Shown here in pieces: positions 1 to 12,666 of a DNA stretch of 64,000 nucleotides. Made by a program: the position numbers and the translations under genes. Positions within the stretch are counted from its first letter, which is position 1. The number at the start of each line of letters is the position of its first letter. This DNA is from Octopus sinensis (Eukaryota): assembly GCF_006345805.1 (NCBI RefSeq), contig NC_043011.1, positions 42,606,464-42,670,463 of the forward strand, given 5' to 3'. A model generated the notes under the pieces. The model had not been told where the DNA came from and did not search any database. It saw nothing but the letters and a program-made list of their open reading frames with translations.

Positions 1-40
1 TTTCGGGCGGCTTTGGGCGGTTTGGTAATGAAAGGGTTAA
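1..40. mobile_element. Right terminus of a TTAA-flanked (piggyBac-type) MITE, truncated by the window edge
   Basis: Ends ...gtaatgaaaggg|ttaa, the same AAAGGG-TTAA terminus as the complete MITE at 3547-3766. Confidence 0.4.
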
Positions 41-1111
41 GGAAGAATCCCCTTGCTTGGAAACAATGAGGGTTGGTAATATGATGAGCATTCAGTTGAA
101 GGAAATCTGTTGACAAAATCTGTCTGACTCGTGTGGGCATTAAAATGATGATGATGAGGAAACTTGCTGGAAGGAATAAAAGAGTGAAAAATAGATATGA
201 GGAAAAGGGTATAGGAACAGCTATTAAAATATGAATAGCATGATGGGATGGTCACAGTTGGATTGCCTTTTGGTCATTTGATTACTGAACTGCTCAGTTG
301 GAGCTAAACATCAACAAGAATAATATTTAACTTACAATGAGCTTGTTTCATAAGTAGGTAGAGTTCATAGTTTTAACCCATGGTATTCAGATAATTCTCG
401 CAAATATAATGCAAAACATGTAGCATATTAGGGCTCGATACGGCCAGTTTAAATGCTAAACAGTTAGAATGTCGAGTTGAATTATAATTTGGGGTTAATT
501 CGTTATCTTGTTTACTATTAGTGTTAACCCCCTATGCTTGCTCTTGTGGGTTTGGACCAAGCAACCAGAAACCATTTTAGTGCCCCCACCCCCCATCCCC
601 GATTCCTCCAAGTTTTCCATCCAGAAATTATCAGCAACATCACCAGGAGTTCAATCTCCTCATGACTTCCTTTCAATTATAGAAAACATTAACAAAAAAA
701 AAAAATAAATAAAAATAATGAAATAAGAATAAAATATAGAAATATAGAAACGGAATTTAAAAAAAAAATTTAAATCAACAACAACAACAACAACAAAAAG
801 AAAAAGGAGAGGTGTGAAACAGATAATGAGATATTAACGAAAATAATGAAAAAATATTAATATAGTAAGGCTTGATTTTTATTCCATTTTTGGTTTGTGT
901 ATATTTCTGAATATGCCTGCTGTTGCTATGGTGTTGTGATGGGAAGGTGGTCGTGGGGGCAGTGGACAAATTCTTAGGGCAAAATTGAAAGACCACCTCT
1001 ATCAATTGTTAGTGGAGAGTGAAGTGGCTGTTGAGATTTCATTCAGTAAATATCCCTGGTTTGACATTAGGTTGGGGGAATTAATTTAAATAATAATAAT
1101 AATAGTTTAAG

Positions 1112-1143
<32 letters not shown>

Positions 1144-3546
1144 GTAATAATAATAATTTAAATAATAATAATGAGAATAATAATTTAAATGATGATGATG
1201 ATTATAAAGTATAATAAAAATTGATGAAATAGGAAAAACACATTTATAAATAACCGATGAATTAACTCACATTTGCCAAGACGAACAGACATTGTTCTTG
1301 TCACAATTGGAAAAGCACTTTGTTGTAATGTGAATCTTTTATTACTTTGCCACAAAGTCTTTCTCTTTCGTATTTTAAAAGAAACTAATGATAAGAAGCA
1401 GCAAGGTGATTTAATTTTTTTCTTCTTTTTTTGGGGGGGATTGTATTGTATTGTATCGTATTGTTTTGTATTCTATTAAATGTAATATCAAAAAGATGAA
1501 GGAGAGAAGGCAAAAAAAACCAAAAAAAAAACCTAAAAAATTACAAGAAAAAAAATTTCTGTAAATAAGATAGCAAATATTTCTGCCATAAATTGCAAAT
1601 TTGTCTTTAGGCAAAAAAGCTGAAGGTCCATTAGACTTGGTTGAATGACTTGTGAATGGCTTAAAACATGGGTTTCAAGCTTATGTAATCTAGTTTCAGT
1701 TAAGTAGCGCTGATATTTTCATAAGTTGTGGTGGTATTAAAGTTGATGTCTCAAAGATGTTTTCTGATCATCTTCTAGAACTCAATATTTGCTTCAGAGA
1801 TTTTAGATTGAAATCTTAAAATAATTTCACTGGCAAAATATGGTTTTATTTTACTTTTTTTTTTTTTTATATATTTAATTCATAGAGTAATAATTCTTCA
1901 GGTTTGAGCAGTTGTGTTTTTGTTTTCCTTTTATAACATTCATGGTAATTATGCATGTGTATACATGCATACACGTGTCTTTATATTTAAAAAAAAACAC
2001 CACTTGAGCGTGGCCATTGCCAGTACTGCCTGACTGGCCCTTGTGCTGGTGGCATGTAAAAGCACCCACTATACTCTCGGAGTGGTTGGCATTAGGAAGG
2101 GCATCCAGCTGTAGAAACTCTGCTAGATCAGATTTGAGCCTGGTGCAGCTATCTGGTTCACCAGTCCTCAGACAAATTGTCCAACCCATGCTAGCATGGA
2201 AAGCAGATTTTAAACAATGATGATGATGATGATGTCTGTTTACATATGTGTGTGTGTGTAAGTGTGTATATATATATATGTGTGTGTGTATATATATGTG
2301 CATATATGTTTGTGAATGGGTATATATATATGTGTATATTGTGTGTGTGTATTTGTGTATATATGTATATTTCTGCTTCAGCAACTCAGTGGAAATGACA
2401 CTGACTATAGATTAAAAGATAAAAAATTTGTTACAGGTGGAACATTGGTAAGGTACAATGACTCTAGTATCCATGTGCAAGGTTCAGTCAAATTCTTTTA
2501 TATAGTCTATCTACCTATATTATCACTAGACTTGTGATACTGTTTAATTTCTTGAAGGAAAGCATTGAATAAGGGCTGTCTGATACAGTGTCAGACTTCT
2601 TCCTTCCCTCTTGCCTACTCATCAGTCATAACATGGCTTTTTTTTTTCATAGCAATCTTGGTAAAATACATTCAAGCAACCTGTGTACAGTTTATACATA
2701 AAGCTTTTAGTTTGCTTCTGTTGTTTTTTGCCACATACAGCTTCTAGTGTTGTCTGTGTAATTGCCAGCAAGTCTGGCCTAAACCCATCAAGTTCAGCAT
2801 CCTTGTTTCTTTTATTTTTATTTTTATTTGAACAGGTTAACACAAGTTTTCTCATAGAACATGAACTTTCGATACTAGCATTCATTTTTCTCCAGATGAT
2901 TTTATATTTAATAGCTTTGCAGCAACAGACAAGAGAGTTTCGCAAGTGGTGTTGCACATTTTAAGAGAGATATTTTGCACAATATTATGTATGTTAGTCT
3001 GGTTACATATTTTAAAAATTCTTTTCCACAAGAGAACGAGCTGGTCTCCAATCAAGAAGCAAGACTCTTTAATTGGAATTTTGATAGCATTATGATTATG
3101 TACATACCAGATGTTTCTCTTCATATTATGAGTAATGTTTGGAATATACTTTTACCACTGTGAGTTATATCAGTTGGTATTACACAGGTTTATTAATAAT
3201 ATTTTTACTTTTGCCAAATGTTGGTGATTACATGATCTAATTTAAATGAGCACTAATTAATGCCAACAAAATAAACATTGGCGATGCTTTGCAGCATACA
3301 AAAACCACAGGGGCTACTCAGAGGTATTGCAAGCTCTTCTGAATCCATTGCAATGTCAGAAACCCTTCTGTATTATTAGCAGGCATCTCAGGATCACAAG
3401 TGTTTCATCATGTAAGCATTGCCTGAGTTGGGCAGTGAGGTCTGAATTAGCAGTGAGGTCTGAATTAGTAGATGAGTTCTATGTACAGTTTCTTGTGAAC
3501 TACAGCCATCTTGAGCTGGTTTCAGCTGCCATGCTAATCTCCTTAA

Positions 3547-3766
3547 CCCTTTAGTGTTCAGATTACTCTGTTAAATGTAATATTTTTTTACTCAAATTGT
3601 TTTTAATTAATACTGCATTATCTTATCGTTTTTGAGGTTTCAATGATGAGATTGTTTGTTTTTAGAATGTCAATGTAGATTAGGTGTGAGAGGCCAGATA
3701 TCGCCAGTTTGAATATAAAACATAGAATATTTGGGCTGGATATGGCCAGTTTTAAACACTAAAGGG
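3547..3766. mobile_element. piggyBac-type MITE
   Basis: TTAA at 3543-3546 and 3767-3770 flanks the TIRs ccctttagtgtt / aacactaaaggg. No ORF. A degenerate relative lies at about 374-470. Confidence 0.7.
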
Positions 3767-5640
3767 TTAATGGCTTTCTTTAGTTGTCTGGATTCGAGAT
3801 CTGTCTTCTGCAAGAAGTGGCACACTGACCTAGTTAGAAAGCCAGGGTGGCTGACTTTGATAGGGAATGGGGTCATGTACCATTCTTTAATAAGTGCATC
3901 TTTGACCAAGTCCTGATATTTGGTTTCCTTCCACTGGTGAGAAATGTTGAGCCTGCCCTCCTAGGGCTTTGCAAGTTCAACCACATCAATTATTTTTGCA
4001 CTCTTCAGTAACAGGAACATGTCTGGTTGGAGCAGATACTAGCATTCACTCTTCTCAGAGTAAATTGAGGTTCCATCCATCCATTTTCTTGGGAGGGTTA
4101 GAAGTAGAGTCCTCATGTTCCATCTCCATTGGGCCCTATCAGAAGCTACTGTTAATGCACTTTCCAGCTAGATTTCTAAGTGTGGCCAACTGAGTCGGAT
4201 ATTATCCATCGTGTTATTAGTCTACTCCTAGGTTTTTCTGTTGGTTGGCTTGGTTTGAAGAAACTGACTTGTGGTTCTTTCCTGCCAACATTCTAATCAC
4301 ATGCCTATAGTGCCAGAGTTGTGACCTCTCAATGCAGAAGCTTGATTTGGAGAGACACCTTGGCATCTGAGCTTTGTACCCTGTCAAATAATGTTACGCT
4401 AGAGATCCTTTGGAGGAATCCCATTTCAGCTTTTATATTTACTATTGTTCTCTGTCAGTCATTAGTCATAGTTGAGGAAAGGCATGCAAACTGAATTCAA
4501 GATAGCAAGTTTTTAAAACCAAATTGAAGATAGTAATTTAAATGCTTTAAAGCAAATTTGTCATTTACATATTTTGCCACAATAAAATACAACCCTTGTT
4601 CACTGTAAAGAGGTTAATGAAAGAGTGGTGACAACATTGAGTCAGGAGAACCCTTTAGTTTGTCTGAAGACATGACAGTCTTTCTACTGTTGGTGCCATG
4701 ATAAAATGAACCCATTTCTATGAAGTATTTGGTGTTGGGAAGAGCATCTAATCATAAAAATCATACAAAAAAAAAATGCAAAGTTTAAACAAGTTGTGGT
4801 CACCTGACACATCAAAGGAGTAACTCTACATAATTACTTGCACTGTGACAACCCACCCAATCCATGCCAGCATGAAAGTCATCAACATTGTCATAATTCT
4901 AATGTCCATTTTTTCCATCCTTGAATCGATTAGAAGGAATTTGTTGAGGTGGAATTTCCACAGCTGGCTGCCCTTTTTGTTCCCAACTTGCACTTGTTTA
5001 CAAGTAAGGTAATATTTCCCCATGACCGGACATGTTTTTGAGGGAGATTAGAAATGAAGGACGCTGCTTTATATGATGGTGATATTTACCTACAACTCAC
5101 GCAGTGTCATGGCAAGGAGACAGTAAAATGCATGTGTACACACACACATCATCATCATCATCTAACGTCATCTACTTTTCCCTGTGTGCATGTGCCAGAC
5201 GAAATCTTTTGATGCAGAGTTTTTACTGCCAAGTGCCCTGCTTGTCACCAACCTCACTCGTTTCCAAGGAAGGTTATATTTCCCCATGGCCACTTGTTTT
5301 TCATGGAAGACTGAAAATAAAGAACATTGCTTGTATGATGATGATGATGCTCATTTACAACTGTCACCTGACATCAAGACAAAAGTGTGTGTGTACATAC
5401 ACACACACACACACATGTGCATGCATGCCCACATGCATATACAATGGGTTACTTTCGATTTCCATTTGCCAGAACCACTGACAAGGCTTTGGTTGGCTCA
5501 GGACTATAGAGAAAGCCACTTCCCCTAAGTGTCGTGTTGTAAGACTGAATGCAAGACTACGTTGATGGAAAGCAAGCATTTCAACTACATAGCCATGCTT
5601 GATCCTGCAATAAACGTTCCAGAAAATTATATATAAAGTA

Positions 5641-6017
5641 GGCACAGATGTGGCTGTGTGGTAAGAAGCTTGCTTCCCAACCACATGGTTCTGGGTTCAG
5701 TCCCACTGTGTGGCACCTTGGTCAAGTGTCTTCTATAGCCTCGGGCTGATCAAAGTGGAATTGGTTGATGGAAACTGAAAGAAGCCCATTGTATGTATGT
5801 GTATGTGCATCTTTGTGTTTGTATTTGTCCCCTACCACCACTTTTAACAACTGGTGTTGGTGTGTTTACATCCTTGTAACTTAGCAGTTTTGCAAAGGAA
5901 ATCAATAGAATAGGTGTCAGGAGTAAAAAAAAAAGTTCATGGGTTGATTCATTCAACTGAAGCTTCTTCAAGCTGGTACCAATGCATGGCCACAGTCTAA
6001 TGACTGAAGCAAGTACA
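5641..6017 (+). mobile_element. tRNA-headed SINE, family C (gtggctgtgtggtaag head; ccagcatggccgcag...gactgaaaca tail)
   Basis: A-box/B-box-like head (tggctgtgtgg / ggttcagtccc), ccttgggcaagtgtc core-like block and internal CA/TG tract. More than 10 full or partial copies in the window. Confidence 0.75.
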
Positions 6018-6222
6018 AGGTGTGTGTGTGTGATGGGCTCTTACAGTTTCCTTCTACAAAATCCACTCACAAGGCTTGAATAATGATGATGCATAATTCT
6101 GAGAATATGAGATTATTAATGATTTTGAAGTAACTCTAGTGATGTGTATAGAATTAGTTCAGTGCGAATGATTATCTACCGTAATATTTATAATGTCCTA
6201 CCTTTTCTCTCTTCCCTGACAG

Positions 6223-6321
6223 GTGATCGAATACAGATGGTGTTTAAATCAATTAACCACCGCAAACCCAACAAACTGTACATTTTCTCTATAAAGATTG
6301 ATGAAAACAGCAAATACCTTG
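6223..6321 (+). CDS. SPC25: Kinetochore protein Spc25, penultimate coding exon (partial gene)
   Basis: Polypyrimidine acceptor cttccctgacag|GT, donor CTTG|gtaagt, 99 nt, phase 1-1. Reads (G)DRIQMVFKSINHRKPNKLYIFSIKIDENSKYL, matching my recall of the Spc25 RWD domain (human [32 protein letters not shown]). Confidence 0.85.
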
Positions 6322-7635
6322 GTAAGTACTAAACTGTAATGATGTGGTTTCATGATGTAAGGTGATAAGTATTGTGGTATTGATTGCGATGGTGGTGGTG
6401 TTGGGGGTAGTGGCTGTGTGTTGATAGCAGAAGTATAGGTGATAGTGTTGTACTTATTGTGTTAGTGACAGTGGTAATGTTGGATGTAGTGCTGTGGTAC
6501 TGTGTGTGTTGCTTTATTGGTTTTAGTTGTAGTTTTGGGCCACTGACTATGTGAAGGTAGTGATATTGTTGGCTGTTGTATTGCAGTATCGATTGTGCTC
6601 ATAGTGGTTTTGGTTCTGTTGTTATGTAGTGTGGCCGTTGTACTGTTGATGTAGTTTCAATATTGTGCATTATTGAAGGCAGCGAGCTGGCAGAATTGTT
6701 AGCATGCTAGGCAAAATACTTAGCGACATTTCATCCATATTTATATTAAGAGTTAAAATGTTGCTGAGGTCGACTTTACCTTTCATCCTTTTGGGGTTGA
6801 TAAAATACAGTGAAAAAACATGTAATTTACGTACTTTTTTTGCAAAAATAAAAATAAACTTTAGTTGGTATGTAAATTACATGAGTAGATTATTTCCAGA
6901 ATTTTTTCAGAAATTTTTTTTGTTGAAAAAAAAAGACATACAAAACGTAAACATTTGTACTGGAAGTTGACTCATTTAGTGTCAGAATAGCTTTTTACAG
7001 AAAAAAATAATGGCTTAAATACAATGAAGTCGACTTTTATTTATGCTGGGTGGTTAACTAGTCTTTAAAGTCTGACGTTCATGCTGGTAAACACGATCCA
7101 GGCCATATTTTACGTTGCTTGGAGTTTCTACCTATCACAATGGAGCACCATTGACATACATAGTGATATGAATATTCCTGACTGAAAAAAAATGTAATGA
7201 TATGGATAATCTTGATTGTATATTTTTATTTTTGTCTGTTTATTACTAGGCACAGTTTTAAGTTTGTCATACTGTTCGCGCCAATTTCAAACATTGGTTT
7301 CATTAACATTAAAATGCCTTCTGGCAACTCTATTGCCACATTTTATGTGCAATAAATTGCTTATATTTTCAAGATGTCCTGGAAACAATAAATTGTTTAT
7401 ATTTTCAAGATTACATGGAAGCATAACAGTACATGAAATAATTTAACAAACTTTTTAATGCATTTCCTAATAACTTTTAATTATAAAAATGTAATTGAAT
7501 TTCTTTTTATACATCGATTGCCTATGGGGGTCACGTAGAATAAAATAGGAATCAAAGGGGTCCTTGGATGAAAATGGTTGGGAACCTCTGGTGTAGCTGA
7601 TCAATGGTACTCTAAACAGCTGTGATTTAGATACC

Positions 7636-7869
7636 TATTTCTTTACTACCCACAAGGGGCTAAACAAAGAGGGGACAAACAAGGACAGGCATAGGTATCA
7701 AGTCGATTACATTGACTCCAGTGCGTAACTGGTACTTTATTTATCAACCCCGAAAGGATGAAAGGCAAAGTCGACCTCAGCGGAATTTGAACTCACAACG
7801 TAACGGCAGACGAAATACCGCTAAGCATTTCGCCCGGCGTGCTGACGTTTCTGCCAGCTCGCCGCCTAA
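7636..7869 (-). mobile_element. tRNA-headed SINE, family A (ggcggcgagctggcag head; ...aaagaaataggt tail)
   Basis: Full-length copy with TSD atttagatacc at 7625-7635 and 7870-7880. Confidence 0.85.
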
Positions 7870-8469
7870 ATTTAGATACCACCTGACAGGAGGTGTAAAA
7901 GAGACAGATTGAAGATCACTTGGCAGTGGACATTTTCAAGATGTCCTGGAGACAGTCAACATTACATGGAAGAATAGCAGCTGATCAGACCTAGTGGGGA
8001 AACTTGTTGCACAACGCGTTTAGCAACACAGGAAGACATGATAATAAATATTGTCCTTGGAGTGTGGGTAGTGATGTAACATTGTTTTTGCATACTGTAG
8101 TGAGTATAAGGCTGCTTGTGTGTTGTGTTGGGTGGGAAGTTCTAGCTACAAAATTCATTGTACATGTAGTACTGAATGCAATACTACAGAGTTGGTGAAA
8201 TTTTGCTTTTATATGATATATGATAATGATATTAATTATAATATATAATAGTTTCAAATTTTGGCACAAGGCCAGCAATTTTAAGTCGATTATATTGACC
8301 CCAGTATTCAACTGGTACTTAATTCATCAACCCCCACAAAAATGTGAAAGGCAAAGTTGACCCTGGTGGCATTTGAACTCAGGACATAAAGACAGATGAA
8401 ATGCCACTAAGTATTTTGTCTAGCATGCTAATGATTCTGCCAGCTCACTGCCTTAATATGACACATTAG

Positions 8470-8727
8470 AACATACAGGTCTGTATTTAAGAGATGAGGA
8501 ATTATTTACAATTGATGCATATTTGTCCCCCTCTTGTTTGTTGTTAACATAATGTTTTGGCTGATATACACTCCAGCCTTCATCAGCTGTCTTGGGGAAA
8601 TTTCAAACCTGGGTTCTCATTCCTAAGGTATTTTTCGATGTTGTTATTATTCAGGTCACCACCTGGAGTCGAACTCGGAATCTTGGGGTTAGTAGACTGC
8701 GCTCTTAACTACTACGCCATATGCCCA
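8470..8727 (-). mobile_element. tRNA-headed short element with a hammerhead-like motif (family H), degenerate core
   Basis: Minus strand: gcatatggcgtagtagttaagagc...gagttcgactccagg head, AAT tract, then CTGATGA-a-ggctg..cagcc-AAAA-CATT, with GAAA and CGTT mutated. Confidence 0.7.
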
Positions 8728-9112
8728 GTGGAGGCGCAATGGCCCAGTGGTTAGGGCAGCGGACTCGCGGTCATAGGATTGCGGTTTCGATTCCCAGACC
8801 GGGCGTTGTGAGTGTTTATTGAGCGAAAACACATAAAAGCTCCACGAGGCTCCGGCAGGGGATGGTGGTGATCCCTGCTGTACTCTTTCACCACAACTTT
8901 CTCTCACTCTTACTTCCTGTTTCTGTTGTACCTGTATTTCAAAGGGCTGGCCTTGTCACTCTCTGTGTCACGCTGAATATCCCCGAGAACTACATTAAGG
9001 GTACACGTGTCTGTGGAGTGCTCAGCCACTTACACGTTAATTTCACGAGCAGGCTGTTCCGTTGATTCGGATCAACCGGGACCCATGTTGTCGTAACCGA
9101 CGGAGTGCTTCC
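8728..9112 (+). mobile_element. tRNA-headed SINE, family B (gtggaggcgcaatggcccagtgg head)
   Basis: A/B-box head, tail ...gtcgtaaccgacggagtgct, TSD atgccca at 8721-8727 and 9113-9119. Confidence 0.85.
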
Positions 9113-9119
9113 ATGCCCA

Positions 9120-9310
9120 CGGGTATGAATGATAATGATAATAACATCGAAAAATACATTAGGAATGAGAACCCAGGTTTGAAATTTCCCCAAGACAGCT
9201 GATGAAGGCTGGAGGGTATATCAGCCGAAACGTTGTGTTAACAAGATGAGGACAAATATCTGTCAATTGTAAATAATGTACATAAGATCTAAGATCATAT
9301 GTAATATATA
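9120..9310 (+). mobile_element. 5'-truncated family H element with a minimal type I hammerhead fold (9194-9239)
   Basis: gacag CTGATGA a ggctg-gagggtatat-cagcc GAAA CGTT gtgtt. It is an inverted copy of 8470-8660. Confidence 0.7.
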
Positions 9311-9427
9311 ATGATATAATATGTAAATAATACTTTTTATATAATATTAACATTATAATGTACTCAAATACAAAAACGAAGCTTACATATATGACATGTT
9401 AGTTTTTTTGTTTTCTTTTTCCTTTAG

Positions 9428-9549
9428 TTACTGAGTGCCACCCGTTGGTCCCAAACATAGAGGAACTTGTTCAAAAGTTGAATGCAACCAATAACTTGAG
9501 CAACTTCATTCTGTCAATGAGAAAAGCTTTCAAAAGCCTCTGCCACTGA
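9428..9549 (+). CDS. SPC25: Kinetochore protein Spc25, terminal coding exon
   Basis: Acceptor ttttcctttag|TT; phase 1 joins the 6223-6321 exon. Reads (V)TECHPLVPNIEELVQKLNATNNLSNFILSMRKAFKSLCH*, matching the Spc25 C-terminus (TNNFSAFLANVRKAF). Confidence 0.88.
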
Positions 9550-10017
9550 AATGTAATATCTTTCCACAGCAGTTTATTCCTGATCTGGAGATGTGGTGTG
9601 TTTACGCTACCCTGCAGTTTACCTCAGACTAGAAGATGTGGTCTGTTTCTACAGCAATGACATCAGGGTGTGGCTACACTGTGTTTTTTGCTTTTTTTTA
9701 AAAAATATATATATATATATGTATATATTTTATTTTGCTTGAATCTCTGTTACCGTATGGGAAGCTTTTGTAAACTCGGTGTACATGTGGTCATGATTAT
9801 GTTTTTTTTTTATGTTGTGAGTGTTAGTCTTGGTGATCGTCTCTCTTACAAACACACACACACACACACAGATATTGATCTGTAAATATGTATATTCATG
9901 CACATACTTTCATTGGGTACACACATTCATTTCTCTTTGTCTCTTTCTGTATATGCTAGGGTCCTGTGATGAGCCTGCGAAACTAAGCTGCATGGGGGGC
10001 TGAATCAAACTGTTTTA

Positions 10018-10023
10018 AATAAA
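10018..10023 (+). promoter_or_regulatory. Candidate polyadenylation signal of SPC25
   Basis: AATAAA about 470 nt after the stop, followed by a U-rich tract. Other AATAAA sites exist further downstream. Confidence 0.3.
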
Positions 10024-10939
10024 AGTATATGCAACTCCTTTTTCTTTCAAATGTCCACTCACTATATAATATATATATATATATATCGATGGGTGAATGA
10101 ATTATCCTATGTTTACCGTCAACATGGAAAATTCGATGAACTGATACCAGGGTAGCAAATTCACGTCAGAAACACGGTTGAAGCAACCTATCCAAAGGTA
10201 GAAACTCCGAGTTCATGTGCAGAAATTTGTGTGTTATATATGAATAAATAAATAAATGGAGTTGAACGAAGATGTTAATAAAATTCCTTTACTTTCAACA
10301 TATGTTTCGAAGACAACATGGTTTTATTCCAAAGGAATAAACAGTGTAAGATGCAATCTTCTCATCAGGAAAGAAAGGGACCCTCTCTCAACAACAAGAC
10401 AACATAATAATTACGATGACTGCCTATATATATATATACACACACACATACACATGCACATACACAATATAGCAAAATAAAAGCAGAATCTCACATCCCA
10501 CCTCGTTTTATCAGTTGCATTTGATTAGTCTACTTTTAATTCTGTTTCCTTTTTAAGTGTGAATTTGAAGAATAAAGGAAGAAAATAACCAAAACATTTA
10601 AACGTCTTTTTCTATTTTGTTTTATCTTGGGAGGCTCATCTATGCCAATAGCAAACACTTGCACTGGTTCTACTTCACTTCTTTATTATTTATTTATCAA
10701 TTGCTCAACTGTTTAAAATATATATATATATATAAAAAAAAAAAACTTAACTACTGGGGTCGATTCATTCAACTACAAATTCTTCAAGCTGGTGCCCCAG
10801 CATGACCACAGCCTAATGACTGAAACAACTGAAAGATAAAAGATATTTAACCAAATAACTAAACAGTTGTTTGGTTACTTGTTTGGCTAATTATTCAGTC
10901 AATTTGGCTTGTCAACGCACTGGTTCTACTATTCTTAAA

Positions 10940-12275
10940 TCTTTAAATCCTTAAAAATGTTTCAGCCCGAAAGCTGCGGCCATGCTGGGGCGCCACCGTT
11001 GAATGAGCTACACTAGTATGTGAAACCACCTCTGGTACGTGGCACTTGATCAACAAGGGAGTTCGATGCCGCTGCCTGCATCTGTGTTTCCTGCTGAGAT
11101 GTAGGTTCATCTGGGACCCCCGACAAGAAGAGATCTAGTTTAGTTTTAAAGAAACCCACATCCACACCATGCAGGTCTCTCAGGCATTTAGGTAGGATAT
11201 TGAAGAGCTGTGGTCCTCTGAAACCCAAGCTGTTGCAGTATCTGGTCCTGTATTTTGATGGTGATGTTGGGATCTTTGGCACCATGCAGTGGCGCCCCGT
11301 TCTGCGGTTGGGGTAACTTTGAATGCCAAAGTTTGGGACAGGACCCTTCAGGATTTTCCAGATGTATATCACTGCATATCTCTCCCACCTTTGCTCCAGG
11401 GAGAAGAGTTTTAATACTTTCAGTCTTTCCCAGTAGCTGATATGTTGCATTGATACAATATTCTTAGCGTAGCTTCGTTGAATTGCTTCGAGTTCTGCTG
11501 TTAACTTTATATTGTGTGGTGACCATACTTGGGAGCAGTAGTCCAAGTGGCTGAGGATGAATGTCTTCCAAAGGACCATCAGTGTCTCCTTGTCTCTTGT
11601 TCTGAAAGTTCGGAGAATCCATCCAGCTAGCCGTCTGCATTTTATTACCAAATTAGTAATATGCACTTGGAAAGATGCATCATTGCTCATGTCAATGCCC
11701 ACGTCACACACTGATTTTGATTCAGAAATTACAATTCTTCTCGGGCCAGTGTATCCGGTCTGCATGTCGTTTACCTTTGTGTGCTGGTAGCGCAGGGCCT
11801 GGAACTTCCCTGCATTAAACTGCATGTTGTTGTCCTCAGCCCACCTGTATATTGTATCCAACTCCTGTTGCAGGTGTGCAATATTTCCAGAGTTTTGTAT
11901 TGTGTGGGAGACTTTTGTATCATCTGCATAGCTAGCAAGGGTGGCCATCTTAGCAACTGAGGGCATGTCTGAAAGGGCCACTATGAACAGCAGTGGCCCC
12001 AAGACAGTGCCCTGTGGAACACCGCTTGTTATTTGTGTTTCCTTGGAGGTGGCTCCATTGGCCACAACTGCCTGCCTTCTATCTTTTAGGAAGTTGTGCA
12101 GCCACTCTCCAAGTTTTCCGCCTATGCCGAGACCACGCAGTTTGTGACAGATCATACCATGGTCGACTTTATCAAAGGCTTTTGCAAAGTCGAGATATAT
12201 CACATCTACGTTTGAGCCATTTAGTAGCTGTTTTAACACCCAGTCGTAGTGTTGCAGGAGCTGTGTTAGGCAGCT
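10940..12275 (-). mobile_element. 5'-truncated CR1/L2-group LINE; intact C-terminal 408-codon RT ORF (11013-12239) plus 3' UTR
   Basis: RT motifs YLDFAKAFDKVDH, GVPQGTVLGPLLF and YADDT. Short 3' UTR ending in (GATTTAAA)-like repeats. Possible TSD ttctta. Confidence 0.92.
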
Positions 12276-12666
12276 TCTTATTTATTTTTTCATTGGTTAT
12301 CTATTTAATCAATTGACAAATAAATAATAAAGAAGTGAAATTGAACCAGTGTGTGTATTATTGGTATAACGACCCTCTCGAGATACAACAAAATATATTT
12401 TCACTACATGAATTCACATCAAGAACTTTAAAAAAATGAAATACAAAAACTAAATGTCTCAGTCTTTATTTATTTCTTTTGTTGGCCTGCTTTTGGAAAA
12501 GATATGCATGTCATAATCTCTCACCAATATTATAGTAGCTGTGCATAGAAATTATTATTGCAATAAAATATTCTCTTCTGTTGATTTTTTTTGTTTTGTT
12601 ATATGTTTACTTGTTGAAGGGCAATGCAATGTTAGAATCAACTGAGCGATGGATAAAATGACTTAC

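Noticed and set aside
2382-5001. Several AG...GT bounded open segments upstream of the SPC25 exon (about 2382, 2897, 3390, 4964)
   Set aside because: They can be chained in phase, but the peptide does not resemble Spc25 and such sites are common in AT-rich introns.
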